From the NCBI GenBank assembly GCA_951406725.2, contig OX597822.1, positions 36,146,001-36,210,000 on the forward strand: a DNA stretch of 64,000 nucleotides. The letters are read 5' to 3'. Below are positions 21,076 through 35,339 of the stretch, piece after piece; within the stretch, counting starts at the first letter, position 1; every line of letters begins with the position of its first letter. The notes beneath the pieces are model-generated. The model was given only the letters and a program-made list of their open reading frames with translations. It did no database searches and was not told where the DNA came from. Origin of the DNA: Octopus vulgaris (Eukaryota). Position numbers and translations under genes: made by a program.

Positions 21076-24000
21076 GTTTTTCCATTCACTTTTCCATTGA
21101 TCAGATGGAAATTGTCGAGGCAAATTTTTTTACAGCCAGATACCCTTTCTGTTACCAGACTCTACCTGTTTCCAGATAGGGTCAGACATGTTTTCACAGA
21201 AAACTGAAAATAAAGAACACTGATTGCATAACTGTGACACTTGTTAACAACTATCAAGGCAAGAAGAGAATAACATACACAAACGCACGGACACAAAATA
21301 ATGGGCTTCTTTCAGTTTCCATTAGGTAGATCCACTCATATAAGTTTGGACAGCCCAAGGTTACAGAAGACATTTGCCCAAGGTGCTGTGAAGCAATATT
21401 GATTTTGAAACTACAGAGCTTCTACTTAACTAACCACACCCACGCATGCATAGATGATTGTCTTTTCTTCACACAGCAGTAAAAAGTCAGATCCCAAGGG
21501 TTTACATTCAAAGACCAGACTGGTTTGCCATCAATACCGGGACTCAGATATACAAATTTTCACACACACACATTTCATAGGTAGTTTGTCAGCTTTTACT
21601 TTAGTTGTTATTCTTCTTACAGCCAGTGTAGAGCAGACACACACACACACACATTCAAGGAGAAGAGGAGGACTAAAAACTGCTGCTGCTGCTGAACTCA
21701 ATGAAGAAGACCTCTGCAAATAATCCAAACTTCATGTCTGTCTGTGTCACAACCAACAATCAGACATAGCTCTGACAGCATGTTCTTAGTATTTACTACT
21801 ACTACAACAAATTCTTGTAACTACGTAATTAAATTCATTATGGAGGAAAGGAAGTAGCCTAACTGAGACTACTGAGAAAAGGACTGAAAGTGAAATTAAG
21901 CCATGGGAATATAGACCAAGTGTTTGCCGGTTCAAACCTTACTCCTGGAACTGGTACCACCTTGGATAGCCATTATTGCCTTAGGTTACTCAATATTTTA
22001 TGCGTGCAATTTGGTAGGTGTGCAGCCCTAAACACACACACACACACATGACAAGCTTCTCTGTTATGACCATCCCAGGTTTAACCCAGAGTGCAGTGCC
22101 CTCCGGGCCAATATGTCATACTTTTCTAATTCAGCAGGTTATGCCATTTGAGGAAGAATTAGCTGCTATTTCTAACAGTTCAAGTGACTACAAAGGGGAT
22201 CTCTCATTTACTTCATTACCATTTCATTAAGACAAGAGGGTGCTCAAATTGACAAAACACCAACTCAAGGATAATTTATCAACTTGGGTTTGGTAAGCTA
22301 ATATACTAAGAGGCAACAACAAAATCTTTCATCAAAGAAGCAAAGTACTGCATAGTATTAATTCCATCAACAAACCAAGCTTTCCACTATCTACTTGATC
22401 TAGTCAACCTGCAGGTATTATACATACCCGAAATCTATGAAGCATGTTACTTATCTATCTAAGCATGTGTCTTCTTTTTATAGAAGCAACAATCACTCGA
22501 ATAACAGCAGAGTATCAATGCAACTGAGTCTGTTGGTTCGTTTTACATCTATTTTTTACCAAACAAGTACGGGTTACACAAATATCTATTGCTGAGGCAT
22601 TGCTTACAGCTAGATGCCTTTCCTGTCATTAACCCTTAACCTGTTTTTCAAATGAGGGGAATTTTCATTCCTCCTGTTTTTGTTAAGCACAGAATTATCA
22701 ATTTTTTTATACAAGCTTAGAATGTAACCTTTCACACACACACACACACACACGCATCATCAAATATAGGTTTCCAGTGTTGGTATGGGTAGAATGGTTA
22801 GACAGGGCCCAACATGCTGGAGGACCACATCTTACTCCAAAGTGTCATGTTTGGCATGGGATTTTTTTTATAGCTGGATATCCTTTCTGATACCAATCAC
22901 TTTACAGAGTATACTGATTGTATTTTTTCCATAGATCTAGCAATATAGAAAATGCCTTGTCATCAGCAAAATTAAAGAGCCTTTTCAGGCCACGCCATGT
23001 CAGATCAATTACCTGTCACTTACAAAATGTATGTGGTGCTTTTTGTGACACCAGCATTGTTGGGGTTGCCTTGAAGATTGCAAAGCAAAAAAGATCCACA
23101 ATGACAGAAGGAACAAATTTATTGTGAGAGGATGATAATGAGGAGAATAATAGTGGGTACATTGTTGGGGGTAGGAGTAAAGAAGAGAGAGGTGATACGA
23201 AAGGGGAAGAGCAATGTCAAGGGTAAGTGTGAAGGAGGAGGGAATGGATGGCCTTCTTTCAGTTTCCACCTACCAAATTCACTCACAAGAACATTGGTCA
23301 GCCTACGGCTTTAGTAGAAGACACTTGCTTAAAGTGCTGTGCAGTGGTATTGAACCTGAAACCACATAGCTGCAAAACAAGTAGCCTAATCACATAGCTA
23401 TGTCTACACCTGAGCATTCAGAACTATTCTCAATAGCATGCTAGTTAACAAACATCTAAGAAAATATATAAGGCAGCAAACAACAGATATATAGTCAAAT
23501 GCACTGCTATTTCAGACAGTTATGTGACTTTGGTTTGTCAAAAGAATTAAATTTTAAAAAATGAGTTCTTAATTAAACATAATCATCATTTTACCAGTTA
23601 CTTTCCATGCTTGTGTAAGTCAGACAAAATTCATTGATGCATATTTTCTATGGCCAGATACTCTGTCACCAACCCTCTCTTGTTTCCAAGAAAGGTATTA
23701 TTTCCTCTACTCCTCTGAACATAAACAGTTCATTGACGGGACATGTCTACATGGAAGATTGCAGCTAAAGGACAATGTCTTAGTACAAACAGTTACTACT
23801 CACAAACGGAATATAAGTGTCAAAACAAAGCTATACAAACACTCAAACACACACACACACACACAATGTATATATCAAATACATACTTAGACATATATAC
23901 ACATTCATACAAACACATTTACAAGAAGCCTTCTTACAGTTTCCATCTACCAAATTCACATACAAAGCACTGGTCTGCCTGGGGTCATAGAAGACACTTG

Positions 24001-24973
24001 CCCAAAGTACCTCACAGTGGAACTGAACCTGAAACTATGCAGTTGTGAAGCAAACCTCTTAACCATCCAACCATGCCAGTTCCTATCAGTTTTCAATGAT
24101 GTAAGATAAAATATAAATTTTTTTTCCTCTAGGAAAGTCATAATCAGAAATAACAACTCCATAAATCAATATCTAATTTTATCTAAGTTCAATAACAAAA
24201 GTACACATACATTATCTATTTCTAACAAGCAATCAATATTATATTTGTTATCATAGATTAAGAGTAACACATTTAATCTGACGCATGGCTGAGTGATTAG
24301 GAAGTCTGCTTTGCAACAGCATGGTGCTGGGTTCAATCCTACAGTACAACACTTTGAGCAAATGTCTTCTATTATAGTCCCAAACTGACAAATGCTTTGT
24401 GAGTGCCTTCGGTAGAAACTGTACAAAGCCCACTGTGTGTGGGTGTGAGTGAGAGAGTATTAAAATTCTGTGCATTTCTGTAAAATCCCTGGACTGTAGG
24501 CAGTGGTGTTTGTCAACATTTCCCTGTTAACCAATCACCCAGTGAACGACAAGCAGAATGAGTTCTCCCTTACTTGAAGTACAGTTAAGGGTTAGTGACA
24601 AGAAGGGAGTCTATCTATAAAAAAAAATGCCTCATTAATATGTATTTGTGTGACCCATGCCAGCATGGAACAACAGATATGAAACAAAACCAGCTCTAAC
24701 TGCTATCACTTGTCCACTCTGTTACAAGCATTCAAAGGACCAAATCCCTCATTAGAAAATCCCTTGAAATTTTAATGTGTCACTTCCCAGTATTTGTTTT
24801 GTTCTAGAAAACTACAGTTTGGCTATCTAATTATTTCTAATTATGCAACAAGAAGTCTGGTGCAGGCTTCGGCCTACCCTGCTCTTGTGAAACCATCCCA
24901 CCAATGCTAGCATGGAAGGTGGACATTAGATGATGATAAGACAACATTAATTTAATGATTGATAACATTTTAA

Positions 24974-25195
24974 TCCTTTCATTACTGTATCTATTTAGAG
25001 ATGCTCTGTGTTTCTTTCAATTATTTTAAATATAACAAAGAATTTAGTAAAATAACTTAGTTATCATTAAGCTAGTGTTAAGAACATAAATTGTGACTAA
25101 GATTTGGTGGAAGATTTTTAATTCAAAACTTATGAAAACAAGACATTTATACTAAAGAACCAGAGCTGGTTTTAGCCAGGTTGGTAATGAAAGGG
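24974..25195. mobile_element. piggyBac-type MITE
   Basis: TTAA flanks; reverse-complement homologue of 11329-11548. Confidence 0.85.
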
Positions 25196-26449
25196 TTAAT
25201 CAGTTTTGCATGCAAAAGTACTCAGGTAATGTTCCAGTCTTGTTAGACCTCTTCAGCACAACAGTAAACCTCATTGTACATGTCAAAGGAGTGATGAGAG
25301 AACTACTAAGTAGATATGCCAATGTAAGTGAATAAACAAAAAAGATTAGCATGTTTAACTGCAATGATTTATTTCATAATAAACATTTGGGAAAATTTAA
25401 TAAAAATAAAAGTAAACACAGCTAGGTGTTTACATTTGCTTTCTTAATGTACATGGTGTTAGCCTAAGATTTGAACTCACAAACTTTTATCCCACATGGT
25501 ATTTCCATGAGCAAAGTCCTCAAAAGTAGCTTTCTGTGAAGGGTAACTCGATAACCTAGTCTTGATTACACTGAAATATAATCATTACTGAGATGAAATA
25601 ACACCCAATGAGCAAGCCAAGGAGGCAGCCTCTATGTGATTGCTCAACATACTAGAAATAGCAGTTAAATCAAATTCAAATTATCTTTTAAAACAAACGA
25701 AATACATTAGATAATGTGACCCTAGGTTCTCTACAGAAAGGAAAAGAACAGGATGAACATGTTTGGAATACTTTGATCATAGGTTCACTCAACCCAACAG
25801 ACTTGAAGTTATAAAACAACAACACAATGAAAACCTTTGTAACTAATTGCATAGCTTCTACATCCTAGCCTACCTGAGTTCACCTGGCTCTCTCCGCCCA
25901 CACACACAAAGCCAGCACTTAACCCTTTTCCTAATCTATCTCCTTCAAATTGTAACTTCCAGAAATCCTTTTCTACTTATGTTTTCCCCCACAGCTGTTT
26001 AACCTAAACTTTATCTACACCAACTTTACCAACCTGGGTAAGGAGGGAGGGGGGAGGCGAGAGAGGAGAAAAGATCATGGGCATTACTCCACCTCCTTTT
26101 CCTAGTCCCAAACAAACACTGAAGGCCCAATGACTAAACCACAGTTTTATATTAATCGGTAAATGTAGTTAAGCAGCTTGCTTTGCAACAAGTCTGAGGT
26201 TCAGTCTATGTCATTGGTACCTCTCTCTGTCTCATATATATATATCATCATCATCGTTTAACATCCGTTCTCCATGCTAGCATGGGTTGGACGGTTCGAC
26301 CGGGGATCTGGGAAGCCAGAAGGCTGCACCAGGCTCCAGTCTTATCTGGCAATGTTTCTACAGCTGGATGCCCTTCCTAACGCCAACCACTCCGAGAGTG
26401 TAGTGGGTGCTTTTTACGTGCCACCTGCATATATATATATATATGTGTG

Positions 26450-26487
<38 letters not shown>

Positions 26488-28180
26488 CTGTGTGTGTTTG
26501 TCCCCCTGCTATTGCTTGACAACTGATGCTGGTGTGTTTATGCCACCATAACTTAGCAGTTTGGCAAAAGGGAATGATAGAATAAGTGCTAGGCTTACAA
26601 AGAATAACTCTTGGGTCCAATTTCTTCAACTAACACCCTTTCGGACAGTGCTCCAGCATGGCCACAGTCAAAATGACTGAATCAATATATATATATATAA
26701 ATGGGATTGCACCTAGAAAGTTCCTCTGAGAGGCACAATTCCAGACAAAGTTGTTTATGGATGACCAGCAGTTGCACATGCATGCTTAGGTGATGAGGAG
26801 GGAAGAGGAGAGAGAGGAGGGAAAGGGAGAAGAGATGGGAAGAGGGAGATGGGAAGAGGGAGAAGGGAAGGGGAGAGGGAAAAGGGAAGATCATGGACAT
26901 TACCCCCTCCTCTTTTTCTAGTCCCTAACAAAACACAAAAGGACTCAATGACGTAAGTCACAGTTTTATATGAATCTTTGCAACCAGTAGTTTCAGGTTC
27001 AGTCCCACAGTGCAGCATTTAGGGCAAAATATCATCTACCTTAGGCCAACTAATGCCTTGTGACTGAATTTGGTGAACGGAAACTGTGTAGAAGCCCATG
27101 ATGAGTGTGCGTTTCCCACTCAACTCACTGCTTGTTTATGTTCTTGTATGTAAATGGTTTGGTAAAAAAGACCAACAGAATAAATAAGTACCAGACCTTA
27201 AAATCTAAGTAGTGGGGGTCGATCGGTTTAACTGAACCAGAGGTGGGGAAACCCACCGTCTGCTTTCCATGTTGGCATGGGTTCGAAGATTTGACTGAGG
27301 GCTGGCAAGCCAGGAAGCTGCACCAGGCTCCAATCTGTTCTAGCAAGGGTTCTACAGCTGGATGCCTTTCCTAAAGCCAACCACTTCCAGAGTCTAGTGG
27401 ATGTTTTTTACATGCCACTGGCACGGAGGAGGGGTGGCGTCAGGCGGCACTGGCATCGACCACGCTCAAATGGTGCTTTTTATGTACCACCAGCCTTTAC
27501 TAATATATATTTATATAACCATTCCAAAACAGACAGTGGAGCTTAGTGCAGTCCTCTGGCTTGCCAGCTCCTGTCAAAAAATCCAACCAAGCCAGCATGA
27601 AAGACAGATGTTAAATGATGATGATATATGCTATTTTAGTCCACATTAGAAAACTTAGTATATCTATGCTATCCACCCACCCACCCCCACCTCCATATTC
27701 TAAGAAGCTACACCATCTGATAACTATAACTCTTAGTTACCTTTCATAGCCCATGTAATCTGAATTACAATATCTACTCAAGCTGCCATCTTAAATATCC
27801 CAGGTTTGCTTCATTGCTGCCCTTGTAATGTGCCTGCCTCTGTCTGTCTGTCTGTCTCTCCCTCTCCCTTTCTCTCTATCACACTGTCTGCTATATAAAG
27901 CAAACATGACAGGCAGTAATATGTAGAACACAGTCAAAATATGTGTCAAATGGAATTTTATTTTGCTTTGTTTTATTGTTCATACAATAATCAATTTTGT
28001 ATGTATGCCTGTATGTGTGTGTGTGTATGTATATATATATATATTATAATTGATTATTTTATATATGAAGCTTTTACAAGAGAGGCGACAGTGACTTCCA
28101 AGTTTCAGCATGCTAACTTCTGTCAGACAGTTAGTTCAACAAAGTCTAGCAGACTGAAACTGTCACCTTCTTCTTGTAAT

Positions 28181-28343
28181 AGGTGTAGGGGTGGCTGTGT
28201 GGTAAGTAGCTTGCTTACCAACCACATGGTTCCGGGTTCAGTCCCACTGCGTGGCACATTGGTCAAGTGTGTTCTAGTATAGCCTTGGGCCGACCAAAGC
28301 CTTGTGACTGGATTTGGTAGACGGAAACTGAAAGAAGCCCGTC

Positions 28344-28387
<44 letters not shown>

Positions 28388-28585
28388 GTGTCTGTCTCCC
28401 CAACATCGCTTGATAATAAATGCTGGTTGTTTACATTACCCGTAACTTAACGGTTCGGCAAAAGAGACCGATAGAATAAGTACTAGGCTTACAAAGAATA
28501 AGTCCTGGGGTCGATTTGCTCGACTATGGGTGGTGCTCCACCATGGCCACAGTCAGATGACTAAAACAAGTAAAAGAGTAAAGAA
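28181..28585 (+). mobile_element. SINE family A
   Basis: Full match to family A. Confidence 0.9.
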
Positions 28586-29719
28586 TAAACATGTACTCTA
28601 CTAAAATGTATTGAGTAATTCTACAGCTTAATGTTAAACTTTTTTATATACAAGCATGCACACACATATCTATGTCCGTATACATCTCCCCCACCACCAA
28701 CTTCAGTCCAATGTCTATATCCGCCCCCTCTCCTTAACCCTGCAATGTTGTTGCAACTACACTAGCATACATGTCACGCTCGCACAGATGAATACCAAAG
28801 GCGTGCATATACATGTACACGCACTCACATACACCAGACCAAAATGTGCATGCATATGTTCTTCCAGGTAAACCTGCATACACTCATACGCTTATATACA
28901 AATACAAGAATGTACATACTTATGCACACGCACCCAATTCATGCATCCCAAAACACATTCATGCATGCACATATGTACAACTGGTGCTAACGCACACAGA
29001 TACATACACAAACATATTTGAATGCACACGTATACAGAAGGTACTGATAAGCGCATGCACAAGTAAACAAGGTACAAATAGGCACGTGCATACACACACA
29101 CACACACACCCACACTCTTATACAACCAAAAACACACCCACATCCACACTCATACATCTGGTACACACACACACACTCTCACCGGCCTTGCTTCTGTCAG
29201 TATCCAATTCCTTTCAAAAGTCCGCCAGACAGCAGCTTCCTCTCCAACCATGTGGTCCAAGAAATTCTCCTTTTTAATGCATCTGGTGGTGCTGAAATAC
29301 TGACCTCACTTCTAACAACACCCTGTGATTCGTCTTGACTAATAGCCACCCATTTCTAGTTGCTATCTTGGACTTCCTGTACTTTGCCATTTGTTAATCT
29401 GAGCTTGAATGAGCTAGGTTCTGCCAAGAAGCTTGTGAAACTTTGCAAGGAGCTGATTCAAACTGTATTATTAAATAATAATAATGCTTTCTACTATAGG
29501 CACAAGGCCTGAATTTTTTTTTTGGGTGCTAGTCAATTTCATTGACCACAGTGTGTAACTGGTGCTTACTTAACCAACCCTGAAATGATGAAAGGTAACA
29601 TTTGAACTCAGAATGTAAAGACGGATGAAATGCCACCAAGCATTTTGCCTGGCATGCTAATGATTCTGCCAGCTCACCGCCTTAATAATAATAATAAATA
29701 AATAAATAAATAATAATTT

Positions 29720-29915
29720 GCACTGTTGGGGACAGTGAGGAAATCAGAAAACTGCTCTATTGGGGACAGCAATTGGGGAATGAGAATTTTGAGATTGGTA
29801 CTTGGGTGTTAAGTATCATGGTAAAAGACCCTGTGAGACCTTTGACAACAGGTTGTTGTCCATGCTTACAGAATTAACTGGAGTAAATAACATCGAAAGC
29901 TCTGAGAAGTAAAAT
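29720..29915 (+). mobile_element. Short 3'-terminal fragment of the RLE-type LINE
   Basis: Homologous to 20390-20580 (aaaactg..ggggacagc..attttgagattggtacttgg..ctctgagaagtaaaa). Confidence 0.7.
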
Positions 29916-30556
29916 GGAACACGCACACACACACATATATATTCATACATACATGCACAGAGAAAGAGAAAGATTATTTGTTTACATAATGAGTTATATA
30001 ATAAGGGATAATTATGACTGGTGATGGCAGTGGTGTTGGAGGGTTCAATATAAATAAGAGCTCCCCTCTCTTCAAATTTCTGACCATGTGACTGAGAGAT
30101 CATCAGTACTGCTGTTGTTGTTAGTATTAGCAGTATGGCGTCATTGAAAACTTTTAGTTTTGGTCTTCATTCACGTCATATTCATCTTGATAACGTTCAT
30201 TAATTACCTCCATCCTTTCATTTAATTGCAAGAGGTCAATAAATAGCTTTTGTCTTTGCCCTTTTTTCTGATGCAAAAAAAAAAAATCGTAAAAATTTCA
30301 AGCAAAAGTTGGGGGTAGGGATGAGGGGGTTAGTTGCAATGACCAATTGTAGTGGTAACAAGGAACATACAAATAATTACATATAGATTTTAAAATTTTA
30401 ATAATTTCAATAGTAACGATGTTAGGTCAAGTTTATGCTATTGTTTTCATACTTTCAGTCACTGCAGCCAGGCTGGAGCAGCCAATTATATCAATCCCAG
30501 TAATTATTATTGTTGGCAATTATTTTCAACATCCGAAAGATGGAAATGTAAATGGA

Positions 30557-31168
30557 CGGCACAGACGTGGTTGTGTGGTAAGAAGTTTGCTTCCCAACTA
30601 CATGGTTCCAGGTTCAGTCCCACTGCATGGCACCTTGGGCAAGTGTTTTCTACTATAGCCTCAGGCCAACCAAAGCCTTGTGAGTGGATTTGGTAGACGG
30701 AAACTGAAAGAAGCTGAAAGGCGGTGAGCTGGCAGAATTGTTAGCACAGTGGGTGAAATCCTTAGCGGTATTCCATCTGCCGCTACGTTCTGAGTTCAAA
30801 TTCCGCCGAGGTCGACTTTCGGGGTCAATTAAATAAGTACCAGTCACACACTGGGGTCGATATAATCGACTTAATCCGTTTGTCTGTCCTTGTGTGTCCC
30901 CTCTGTGGGCAGTAAAGAAATAAGAAACTGAAAGAAGCTCATTGTGTGTGTGTATGTATATGTGTGTCTGTGTCTGTCCCCCACTCATCTGGATGACAAA
31001 TGGTGTTGGTGCCTTTATGTCCCCATAACTTAGCAGTTCAGCTAAAGAAATCAATAGAATAAGTATCAAGCTTAAAAAAAAAAGTATTGAGGTCAACTAT
31101 AAATTCTTTAAGGTAGTGCCCCCAGCATGGCCACAGTCTAATGACAGAAATAGGTAAAAGATAAAAGG
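30557..31168 (+). mobile_element. SINE family A containing a nested family B SINE (30716-30923)
   Basis: 16-bp TSD gaaactgaaagaagct at 30700-30715 and 30924-30939. Confidence 0.9.
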
Positions 31169-31642
31169 TATGTTGTTATATCAAAAAATAATGAAATAAT
31201 GAACCATGAATGTCATTAAAAACAAGAGGCTATGTTATTTGACATCAATGTGTGTGTGACTGATTCCTTGTATTGACATCATATGGTAATTGTAAGCGAG
31301 TGTCACTGTCATACAAGCAGTGTCATTTGATTCCAATTTCCTGTGAAAACATGTCCAACCAAGGGAAATATTACCTTACGTGAAAACAGATGAGGGTTGG
31401 TGACAGGAAGGGCATCCAGTCACAGAAAAATCTGCCTCAATAAATTCTGCCTGATCCATGCAAAATAGAGAAGCAGACATTTTTCTAAGATGATGATGAT
31501 GATGGAGATGATAATGATGATAAATATTTCTTTACCACTAAAAGTATTGTGTCAGCAAGGTCACTTATGGTTGGATAGAACCAATAGCAACACTTATTTT
31601 TTAAGGGTGAACTTAAGTAGCCGGGTTTTTTTTTTGTTAAAA

Positions 31643-31906
31643 CAGTGGTTCCCAAAATGGGTGGTATTGCTACCCCCACCCCGCCACCTGAGAGCAGTGG
31701 AAAATTTCAAGGGGGGCATTGAAGTGGGGAGATAATGGGGTAGTGATTCATGTAAAAACAACAAAGTAATGGGTTCATTAGGTCAAATTTTATTTGTGAA
31801 TTTGCTTCAGAAAGAGGTCTATGTTTCTGATAGTTGGAGTGGGGGCACTAAGAACGTGGCCTGGGTATCAAGGGGGCAGGAGCCCAAAAAAGTTTGGGAA
31901 CCACTG
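31643..31906. mobile_element. hAT (Charlie/MER5-like) MITE
   Basis: Perfect 14-bp TIR CAGTGGTTCCCAAA / TTTGGGAACCACTG; 8-bp TSD tgttaaaa / cgttaaag. Confidence 0.85.
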
Positions 31907-32740
31907 CGTTAAAGGGTTACACTAGCATTTCCCAACCTATTTTCATGCCAGCAACGCCAAATCACATATGTTCATCTACCTATATACAATGACACAACTA
32001 GCTTATTTTCATTCAAAAGTTTCTTTCTTTCTCTAACAGTATTGTTTTCATTGTATCAAATTTTCCAAGCCTATCTTTTTACCTTTTATTTGTTTCAGGT
32101 ATCAGACTACAGCTATGCTGAGGAATGAGCCTTGAAGGGTACCCAGATGTAGAAAATCTACCTCAGCGAATTCTGTCTGGCCCATGCTAGCATGGCAAAG
32201 TTCACTTCAACATAAAACATACAGCTCATTATATATATAAAAAATAGATACAGACACATTTTCATATTGTGGGCAGTGTAGCAAGCATATATTCTGTCAG
32301 AACTTGTGTTAGTTAATTAACAAACATAAATATTTACTTTGGAACAAAATCAAAATAGATGTCAAATAGAATAATTTTTGTGTTGTTTCATTATTTGTTT
32401 ACATAATGAGGAGAATAATAATAATGATTTGAGATTAACAATGTCCTTGTTATTAGTGTAGCCACATTGCTCGAGACTAAATTTGGGATTTGTCAATTTA
32501 ATTCACTTGTATATGTTGGAGCACTTTGACAGACAAAGTGTGATTGGAAAAAAAAAGAAAAAAAAGTAAAAAAAAACAACTGCGTCAGGAAGATGTCTCT
32601 AAAAATAGTATTTTAAGCTTTATATAAATTAATGGTTTCTGGCTCAAGTACAAGGCCACAAATTTGTAAGGAAGAAGTGATTAGCATAACTCCAATATAC
32701 GACAATGGAAAGATTTGAATTTGAATGTATACATAACAGA

Positions 32741-33001
32741 GTGGAGGCACATGGCTTAGTGGTTAGGGTGTCAGCACCATGATCGTAAGATTGTGGTTTC
32801 GATTCCTGGACCGGGCGACGTGTTGTGTTCTTGATCAAAACACTTCATTTCACGTTGCTCCAGTTCACTCAGCTGGCAAAAATGAGTAATGCTGTGATGG
32901 ACTGGCGTCCCGTCCAGCTGGAGAACACATTTGCCATAGAAACCAAGAAACCGGGCCCATGTGCCTGGCTACACTTTAAAAGGGCACATTTATTTATTTA
33001 T
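32741..33001 (+). mobile_element. tRNA-headed SINE family D
   Basis: A box TGGCTTAGTGG, B box GGTTTCGATTCC, (TTTA)n tail; TSD tatacataa(c/t)aga. Confidence 0.9.
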
Positions 33002-33519
33002 TATACATAATAGAAGCAGCATTAGATTAAAATAGTCATCTATGTATCATACTTAATGTAAATACCATCACTGAGAGGCAAGTTACTGCAGTTTTTATCC
33101 AGAAATAACATTTCACATGTGCGAGTATAAGGAAGAAAGCACAAGCTAGAATTTAACTATACTGAAGAAAAACATTTAGACTGTTATACATTGAAGCCAC
33201 TGTCATTACTATTCTTGTTAAAGACCAATAAATATGTACCCTATGGAGCAATCCTTCAGTTTAATGTAAAATTATTATAACTTGACAAAACATATATACA
33301 TATTTTCCATCACCATCATCTAATGTCTGTTTTCCATGCTGGCATGAATTGGACGGCTTGACAGGAGCTGGCAAGGTGGAGAGCTGCATCAGGCTCTAAT
33401 TGTCTGTTTTGGCAAGGTTTCTACAGTTGGATGCCCTTCCTAATACCAACCACTTTACAGAATGTACTTGCTGCTTTTCACATGGCACACCAGCACAAGT
33501 ACTTTTTATATAGCAATTA

Positions 33520-33726
33520 TATTCTTTTCCTTGTTTCAGTCATTTGACTGCAGCCATGCTGGAGCACCGCCTTTAGTCAAGGAAATCGACCCGGGGACTT
33601 ATTCTTTGTAAGCCCAGTACTTATTCTATCGGTCTCTTTTGTCGAACCGCTAAGTGACGGGGACGTAAACACACCAGCATCAGTTGTCAAGCAATGCTAG
33701 GGGGACAAACACAGACACACAAACAT

Positions 33727-33767
<41 letters not shown>

Positions 33768-33932
33768 TACGACGGGCTTCTTTCAGTTTCCGTCTACCAA
33801 ATCCACTCACAAGGCATTGGTCGGCCCGGGGCTATAGCAGAAGACACTTGCCCAAGATGCCACGCAGTGGGACTGAACCCGGAACCATGTGGTTGGTTAG
33901 CAAGCTACTTACCACACAGCCACTCCTGCGCC
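33520..33932 (-). mobile_element. SINE family A
   Basis: Full reverse match; shares subfamily-type substitutions with 44811-45225. Confidence 0.9.
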
Positions 33933-34282
33933 TATATATATACCATTATTATCATCATCATCATTTAATGTCCGTCTTCCATGTTGGCATGGGTGAGACA
34001 GTTTAACAAGAGCCGGCCAGGCAGAAGCTTGCACCAGACTTCTGTGACTGTTTTTCCCAGCTTGTATGGGTTAGATGGAGATTTATTTTGAGGCAGCATT
34101 TCCTGGCCAGATGCCTTTCATGTCACCAACCCATACCAGTTATTCAATTAAAAGATATATATATTCCAAACATAAAAACAGTTGTTGATCAACCAAAACT
34201 TCATCATTATCAAATTACAATATTTTTCATTGAAATTTTTATCTAAATATGAACACTTCCCGGCCAATGCACCATATCTTAT

Positions 34283-34620
34283 AGGCGCAGGAGTGGCTGT
34301 GTGGTAAGTAGCTTGCTTACCAACCACATGGTTCCGGGTTCAGTCCCACTGCATGGCACTTTGAGCAAGTATCTTCTACTATAGCCTCGGGCCGACCAAA
34401 CCCTTGTGAGTGAATTTGGTAGACGGAAACTGAAAGAAGCCCGTCATATACCGATGCTGGTGTGTTTACATTCCCATAACTTAGCAGTTCGGCAAAAGAG
34501 ACTGATAGAATAAGTACTAGGCTTACAAAGAATAAGACCTGGGGTCGATTTGCTTGACTAAAGGCAGTGCTCCAGCATGGCTGCAATCAAAATGACTGAA
34601 ACAAGTAAAAGAGAGAGAGA
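34283..34620 (+). mobile_element. SINE family A lacking the internal microsatellite
   Basis: gaagcccgtcatata is joined directly to ccgatgctgg. Confidence 0.9.
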
Positions 34621-35339
34621 CTTTAGTACTGGTGCTACTGGGTAGATTGGTATTAAAACCATTAACAAGTACAATCTATTCAACAATCTATTTTTTGCTT
34701 TTCTTTTAAGATGGTTGATGGAGAATTTAGCTTTCTTGCAGATCCAAAGGCTAAATGGAAGCTGCTTTAATTTTAGTTTAAGCTAGTAAATACGCTCCTT
34801 CCAAATATATAATATACAACAGTGACCTTGATGTTGAAAAAGATAAGCAAGGGCATATAACATAACCACCCATGTAGATCTGTGTATGTACTGTGGAGGC
34901 ATAGTGCAACTTACTGCTTTTTTCAGCCATCCACATGTAAACAACCAACCAACCAGGGTCAAGTACCTTTGCACTTTTATAATTCAGTATGACAAGACAT
35001 TTACTGAAAAACTAAAGAGACGCACGTTTTTCTCATATATCAAATTTTACTGTTACACCATACAGAAGGAAGAGCAGAGAACAGGTTTCCTCCATATTAA
35101 ACCAGTTACAAAAGCTGTTAATTTAACAATGTCTATTAAGTAAGAAGCTTAATCCTTTGATAATTACACTTAAAAAAAAAAAGAAGGAATTTAGCTATGT
35201 GAAAACTAGTGAGAGATTAATTAAAAAATAGAATGGCAGATTAAGGTCTGAATGGTAATGTAACATTGCATCATACCTACTTCCTATTCTGCTTTGAAGC
35301 TAAATGCTGACACCCATTATTATTGTTATTATCGTTATT

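Noticed and set aside
25218-25260. Minus-strand CTGAAGA-GGTCT/AGACT-GGAA hammerhead-like motif
   Set aside because: GAAA is mutated and stems I and III cannot be formed convincingly.
28640-29180. 154-aa His/Thr-rich ORF
   Set aside because: Degenerate (CA/TA)n microsatellite field.
29405-29462. Hairpin with GAAAC resembling a hammerhead
   Set aside because: No recognisable CUGANGA core next to stem I.
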